From assembly GCA_950097015.1 (NCBI GenBank), contig CATNEN010000032.1, forward strand, positions 248,001-312,000: a stretch of 64,000 bases of DNA, in the 5' to 3' direction. Numbering within the stretch: the first letter of the stretch is position 1; every line of letters begins with the position of its first letter. This document shows, in pieces, positions 59,836-64,000 of the stretch. The DNA is from Macrostomum hystrix (Eukaryota; Animalia; Platyhelminthes). Under the pieces are notes generated by a model. It was not told the DNA's origin, made no database searches, and saw only the letters and a list, made by a program, of their open reading frames with translations. Made by a program: the position numbers and the translations under genes.

Positions 59836-61754
59836 GATCGGATATTGATTTATGTTCATATTATAGAAACCTGTGTCACTTAAGGCCTTTTTAGAAGAGT
59901 TATATGCGTAAGTAGATTTTTTAGTTTTGCAGCGCCATTTCAAGTGGACCACTCGCTTTAGTTAATGACAAAGAATTCCATATTTGGAAGTTTTCTTTCC
60001 TAGAAAGTGTTCTAGGAAAGCTTTGTGTTCAGTAATTAGTTTGCGTTTGTTACAAAGAATAGAAGATGTGTTCGGTATTTTTCCGATCGTTTAACTGACT
60101 AGCAGCTAGCAAAATAGTAGATTCTCAGAAGTTCAAATAGCTAATTAATGAACTAATATGAACTTGCCTGGAATGCCCTGCTGGCAAGGTACACAAACAT
60201 GCCAACTCTTTCATAGTTTCCTCTGAAGCCTATTATAACAAAAGCTGACAATAAGCAGATTACATAAAAGTTCATAGGAAATAAAAATAAGTGTTTGTTT
60301 AAAAACTATAGTAAATAGTCAAGAAATATTTAAATACTTGGAAAGAAAAACTATAAAAAAACACGTGAGACAGCCATTAACACCAACAAAAGGAATGGCA
60401 GGAAATCCTCCAGGGAAAAGGTCTTGAAGTCACCGCTTTGGGATCAACCAGAGGGCCTCCATTCCACTACTTAATTTGGAAATTGTGCAACTTCAAAGGA
60501 ACAAAAAACAGCAGCCTATTCAGGTTGATGAAACACCGCTTGAGCAACCAAATTCCGCCAAGCTTTTAGCACCCAAAAAATAGTCTTTTTAATCTCCTTC
60601 ACAAGCCCAAGATGCCGCTAATCTGAAGCACCCACCCCACTCCGCGATCAACGCAGAAATCTTGGCGCGAGGCGCCCAAAACACCACACTCGAAGCGCCG
60701 GACAGCAAATGAGACTTCAAACGAGTCCTAATTGAGGCTTAATCCCTCAGGTGTCCAAGCAAGGGATCAAGAATGTCTCGAGTTGCCTCAGATTTCTTGT
60801 TATTCAATCGGAAATCATTTCTTGGCTTGTTTTTACTTACTTGCAACAAAAACTAAAAAATAAAGTTGCCTTCTTCAAGCATTAAATGTTATAAACAGTT
60901 AAGTTCTGAAACATACACCTAAAGTTCTAAACTAAAGATGAAAATTTTCTTACACGTAGTTAAAAAATGGACAGATGTTCATTGCACTGAAGTTCTAAAA
61001 TATACACCTGAAAATTTCACAAGTAAAGCAAATAAGAAATGACAAACTAAAACAAGTAAGCATCGTAATCATTTTATTTCGATTATAAAATATATAAAGA
61101 ACAAAAGCCAAAAATTCACAATCCTTATTGAATCGCGACTTTTAATGCAAACTAAAGCACAATTTACAGCCATGAAAATACAAGATTATCATAAATGCAC
61201 TACAATTACAATTGCTTTAGATAATAGGAAAACACGACCAGTAACAAAACAGTGACTTTTCTTTACATTTATTTGTCATAATGTTAAGCAAAGTCAGAGT
61301 ACAGAGAGCAGTATTATAGCTAGGAGTTTAAGTTCATGCAAAATACATCCAATAGGAGGATTGTCCCCCCCGGAGACAGCTCACTGTCAGAGACAAAATG
61401 CTTCGTTCAAATGATTCTCGTGACATCTCGACCGCTTATCTTCGAAAGAATTTCCGCTCCAAAAAAGCGAAACAAAAATGTCTGTCGGATTTAACAATTA
61501 GTCGAATCCCGAACCCCCTTCCCTACCTTTCGATGCTTAATCCCGATTTAATTAATAGAAAAAACCTCTTTCGTCTTCACCTGTCAATTATGAAACTTTT
61601 AACTGACAAAAGCATCTTTGTTACGCGTCACGCAACTAAGGCTTCATTGATTGACCGGGAAATACGCTTATAAAGTAAAATATTTGACACTTCTTTGTAC
61701 AGAATGCTTAGATATCGATGATAATAGCAACCTAAAGAATTGTAGCAAATGATA

Positions 61755-62575
61755 GCACACACCTGAACTTCTAAGGCTCCTACCTGAAGATCTAAAGTTT
61801 CCAACTGAAGATCTAAAGTTCCCACCTGAAGTTCTAAAGTTCCCACCTGAAGTTCTAAAGTTCCCACCTGAAGATCTAAAGTTCAGACCTAAAGTTCTAA
61901 AGTTCCCACCTGAAGTTCTAAAGTTCAGACCTAAAGTTCTAAAGTTCCCACCTGAAGATCTAAAGTTCAGACCTAAAGTTCTAAAGTTCCCACCTAAAGT
62001 TCTAAAGTTCCCACCTGAAGATCTAAAGTTCCCACCTGAAGTTCTAAGGTTCCAACCTGAAGTTCTAAGGTTCCTATCTGAAGATCTAAAGTTCCCACCT
62101 GAAGTCCTAAGGTTCCAACCTGAAGTTCTAAGGTTCCTATCTGAAGATCTAAAGTTCCCACCTGAAGTTCTAAGGTTCCTACCTAAAGATCTAAAGTTCC
62201 CACCTGAAGTTCTAAGGTTCCTACCTGAAGATCTAAAGTTCCCACCTGAAGTTCTAAGGTTCCTACCTAAAGATCTAAAGTTCCCACCTGAAGTTCTAAG
62301 GTTCCTACCTGAAGATCTAAAGTTCCCACCTGAAGTTCTAAGGTTCCTACCTAAAGATCTAAAGTTCCCACCTGAAGTTCTAAGGTTCCAACCTGAAGTT
62401 CTAAGGTTCCTACCTGAAGATCTAAAGTTCCCACCTAAAGTTCTTAGGTTCCTACCTGAAGATCTAAAGTTCCCACCTGAAGTTCTAAGGTTCCTACCTG
62501 AAGATCTAAAGTTCCCACCTGAAGTTCTAAAGTTCCCACCTGAAGTTATCAAGTTCAGACCTCAAGTTCTAAGGC
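61755..62575. repeat. Minisatellite, 21-bp unit CCTGAAG(T/A)TCTAA(A/G)GTTCC(C/T)A
   Basis: Directly visible. Confidence 0.95.
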
Positions 62576-62766
62576 ACACACCTCAGCATAAAGCTGAAGT
62601 TTTAAAGCACTTGGTTTGTGAATTGGGGGAATTATTATGAAGTTTCGTCCCTAAATTATTTAGAAAAGAGATATCGGCGCCTATTCAATACTCCAATCCT
62701 TAATATTACAATAGGAAATCAACAAGCTCAAATAGTACAATCAAAGCTCAGCAGCGAGTCGGTGGC

Positions 62767-63899
62767 TCAGCTGGGATCCTCGGAGTCAAAATAGCTGTCC
62801 TCTTTGTCTCGCGCGAACTCCGCCGACAGGTCCAAACTGTCGTCGTCGTCAACACCGGCATAGTTGAAATGTTCGCCGTCTTCGCCGGACAGAAAGCGGC
62901 GTTGCATCAGGGCGAGAAATTCGGATCGGAGCAGTTGGCGCTCAGGATCGGGAAGAAATCTGCCGGCTAGGGGATCTAGATCCTCTTCTTCTTCATCGTC
63001 CTCAGAATTTGAAGAATTTTCTGCATCCGCTGCGGCGGAAGCATCATACCTGAGTTGGTGGATCAGCGAGGAGCAAAAAATAAGAACATTGCTAATTTAA
63101 GTGGATTGCTAATCTATCCCATGACTGAAGGAATAGAATGGATTGCTAATCTATCACATGACTGAAGGAATAGAATGGATTGCTAATCTATCCCATGACT
63201 GAAGGAATACAATGGATTGCTAATCTATCCCATGGGTGAGGTAATGGAATGGATTGCTAATCTATCCCATGGGTGAGGTAATGGAATGGATTGCTAATCT
63301 ATCCCATGGGTGAGGTAATGGAATGGATTGCTAATCTATCCCATGGGTGAGGTAATGGAATGGATTGCTAATCTATCCCATGGGTGAGGTAATGGAATGG
63401 ATTGCTAATCTATCCCATGGGTGAGGTAATGGAATGGATTGCTAATCTATCCCATGGGTGAGGTAATGGAATGGATTGCTCACCTGGCATTCTCTTCCAC
63501 ACGCCGGCAGTGGCTCAAGAGAAAATGCGACATAATGCGCTCGCCGCGGCCGTCGGCTGCCGTCGCCGCAGCCGCAGCAGCCGAGCTCTGCCGCTGCGCA
63601 TCCTCCCTAGTCAGGTAGCGCCCAATGTACTTGTGAAATAGGTACGGCTCGCGGCTGCGCATGCTCTCCTCAGAGAAGTAATCGCCCTCGGCCATGAGGC
63701 GCCGCATCGCCTGATACCTCCGATTTCTAGTTGAACTGCCGCGCGACCCGCGGCCAGCCGTCTGCCGGGAGCTCCGGCCGAGCTGGCGCCAATCGTCTGC
63801 CGCCACGGCCGCCGCAGCGTCAAGAGTGAAGTCCGCATCCTCAGCGGAACCAGGACACGCACCTGGGTCCGGCCCCAGCTCCCGGTCGTCAGTCTTCAT
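62767..63899 (-). CDS. CCDC97: CCDC97-like protein (DUF2052); exons <=63899-63484 and 63049-62767; 5' exon(s) may lie outside the window
   Basis: RNRRYQAMRRLMAEGDYFSEESMRSREPYLFHKYIGRYLT and ERQLLRSEFLALMQRRFLSGEDGEHFNYAGVDDD...RDKEDSYFDSE match the CCDC97 conserved blocks; phase-2 GT-AG intron. Confidence 0.85.
63100..63480. repeat. Minisatellite, 37-bp unit GGTGAGGTAATGGAATGGATTGCTAATCTATCCCATG, CCDC97 intron
   Basis: Directly visible; abuts the splice donor. Confidence 0.95.
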
Positions 63900-64000
63900 A
63901 GGTAAAAGGTGCAACCCTTTTTTGCTTTACTGAAACAATAAAACTATTTCTGCTAAAACTAGAAGCCTTTAGGCTTTAGGGGAGGTTCAAGAACGGGGCT

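Noticed and set aside
60360-61700. Coding-looking patches (e.g. NDFRLNNKKSEATRDILDPLLGHLRD*) and ORF 61398-61673
   Set aside because: Short, stop-interrupted and without family signal.
61628-62552. SGGNFRT repeat ORF (294 aa)
   Set aside because: Artefact of the 21-bp array downstream of CCDC97.

Overview
This is eukaryotic (animal) genomic DNA: GC-rich exons with GT-AG introns sit in AT-rich spacers, and roughly a third of the window (about 20 kb by my tally) is tandem repeat. The style resembles a minisatellite-rich invertebrate such as a Macrostomum-like flatworm, but that is inference only. I reconstructed these gene models by hand, with splice phases checked: CDK9-like kinase (+, 3 exons), an orphan polyQ gene (-), a GT32/DXD glycosyltransferase (+, 5 exons), two tandem TNF-superfamily type II membrane ligands (+), two single-Ig-domain type I membrane proteins (-, one frameshifted), a wolframin/WFS1 homologue (-, 4 exons), a candidate amidated neuropeptide precursor (-) and CCDC97 (-). 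Mobile DNA includes a 1.9-kb TIR element with hAT-like ends around a frameshifted Merlin/IS1595-type transposase. There is also a Russian-doll stack (hAT-like element > Helitron with helicase fragment > MITE, plus a second small Helitron, inside a ~130-bp inverted repeat pair), a decayed RT+RNase H LINE, a tRNA-type SINE head and a possible Crypton relic. The best leads are (i) a compact TNF-TNF-Ig-Ig cluster with a kappaB-like repeat array, (ii) a precursor predicting INLFDWRYKF-amide, and (iii) every modelled intron over 400 bp being filled by its own private tandem repeat, with splice sites sometimes inside or abutting repeat units. No rRNA, intact tRNA or CRISPR array was found.
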